A DNA stretch of 64,000 nucleotides from Candidatus Limnocylindrales bacterium (GTDB lineage Bacteria > Chloroflexota > Limnocylindria > Limnocylindrales > CSP1-4): positions 23,519 through 87,518 of the forward strand of contig JBBSCF010000008.1 in assembly GCA_038250545.1 (NCBI GenBank). The letters run 5' to 3'. Shown in pieces: positions 63,807 through 64,000 of the stretch; within the stretch, counting starts at the first letter, position 1; the number at the start of each line of letters is the position of its first letter. The notes below the pieces were generated by a model that was not told the DNA's origin, ran no database searches, and saw nothing but the letters and a program-made list of their open reading frames with translations. Position numbers and translations under genes: made by a program.

Positions 63807-64000
63807 CTAGTTGCCGAGCGCCGGGAGCTCGGCCGCGATCCCCTCGTTCCACCAGTACATGCAGGTCTTGCACTCCGAGCCCGGGGCGCCGGGCGGGAAC
63901 TGGTCGAGGTCGGACTGCACGAGCTTCTGCCCTGCCGGGAGGAGCTCCTTGCCGGTGTTGTCGACGAGGGGCCCCGCGAAGACATCGAAGCGGTCGAAGC
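63807..64000 (-). CDS. BMP-family (PnrA/Med-like) ABC substrate-binding protein, C-terminal 63 codons (5' part beyond the window end)
   Basis: Not in the track. My minus-strand reading ends ...FDVFAGPLVDNTGKELLPAGQKLVQSDLDQFPPGAPGSECKTCMYWWNEGIAAELPALGN-stop (CTA at 63807-63809). This tail is typical of BMP lipoproteins. Confidence 0.7.
   Translation of the reverse strand, partial: FDRFDVFAGPLVDNTGKELLPAGQKLVQSDLDQFPPGAPGSECKTCMYWWNEGIAAELPALGN

Overview
Very GC-rich bacterial chromosome segment; third codon positions are almost all G/C. Several hallmarks look Actinomycetota-like: lhr-nei synteny, a TCGAAC-N4-GTTCGA-type LexA box, many apparently leaderless genes and Pro/Thr-rich linkers. 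The phylum cannot be proven from this window. I support about 57 protein-coding genes or gene remnants. I saw no rRNA, tRNA, CRISPR array, transposase or integrase. Most long Arg/Pro/Gly-rich ORFs in the track are antisense or off-frame shadows of real genes. Blocks in order: (1) a cellobiose regulon with GH1 beta-glucosidase, GH94 cellobiose phosphorylase, a LacI-type repressor with four CebR-like boxes, and an Opp/Dpp-type ABC importer; (2) envelope or secreted proteins: a vWA lipoprotein, a membrane protein with a RanBP2-type zinc finger, a C39-like cysteine peptidase candidate, DUF72, GT4, and a large secreted protein with a caspase-fold-like His/Cys dyad and PT linkers; (3) yyaL-like thioredoxin-domain protein, GNAT, tatA; (4) an SOS-box-preceded lhr helicase and nei glycosylase with a leaderless phd/vapC toxin-antitoxin pair wedged between them; (5) a GAF histidine kinase and NarL-type regulator next to a ferredoxin-fused GltD-family flavoprotein that is translationally coupled to two paralogous unassignable membrane proteins; (6) a cyanophycin locus where the canonical genes are decaying (cyanophycinase stump, cphA1 with two 1-nt frameshifts, internally deleted serine hydrolase), next to an intact cyanophycin-synthetase paralog that lacks the whole ATP-grasp domain and is divergently paired with an M20 peptidase and RidA; (7) MFS-ggt-Zn-ribbon-azlCD, degV, gdh, a hybrid histidine kinase fragment, an orphan gene plus a stand-alone Pta-N-terminal (DRTGG) protein, and an MFS transporter; (8) coaX-coaBC-panB-panC; (9) a BMP-type (nucleoside/sugar-like) ABC importer. 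The best candidates for an undescribed system are the G-domain-less CphA-like ligase locus and the flavoprotein plus twin-membrane-protein module. All functional calls rest on my own reading of motifs. No database search was possible.
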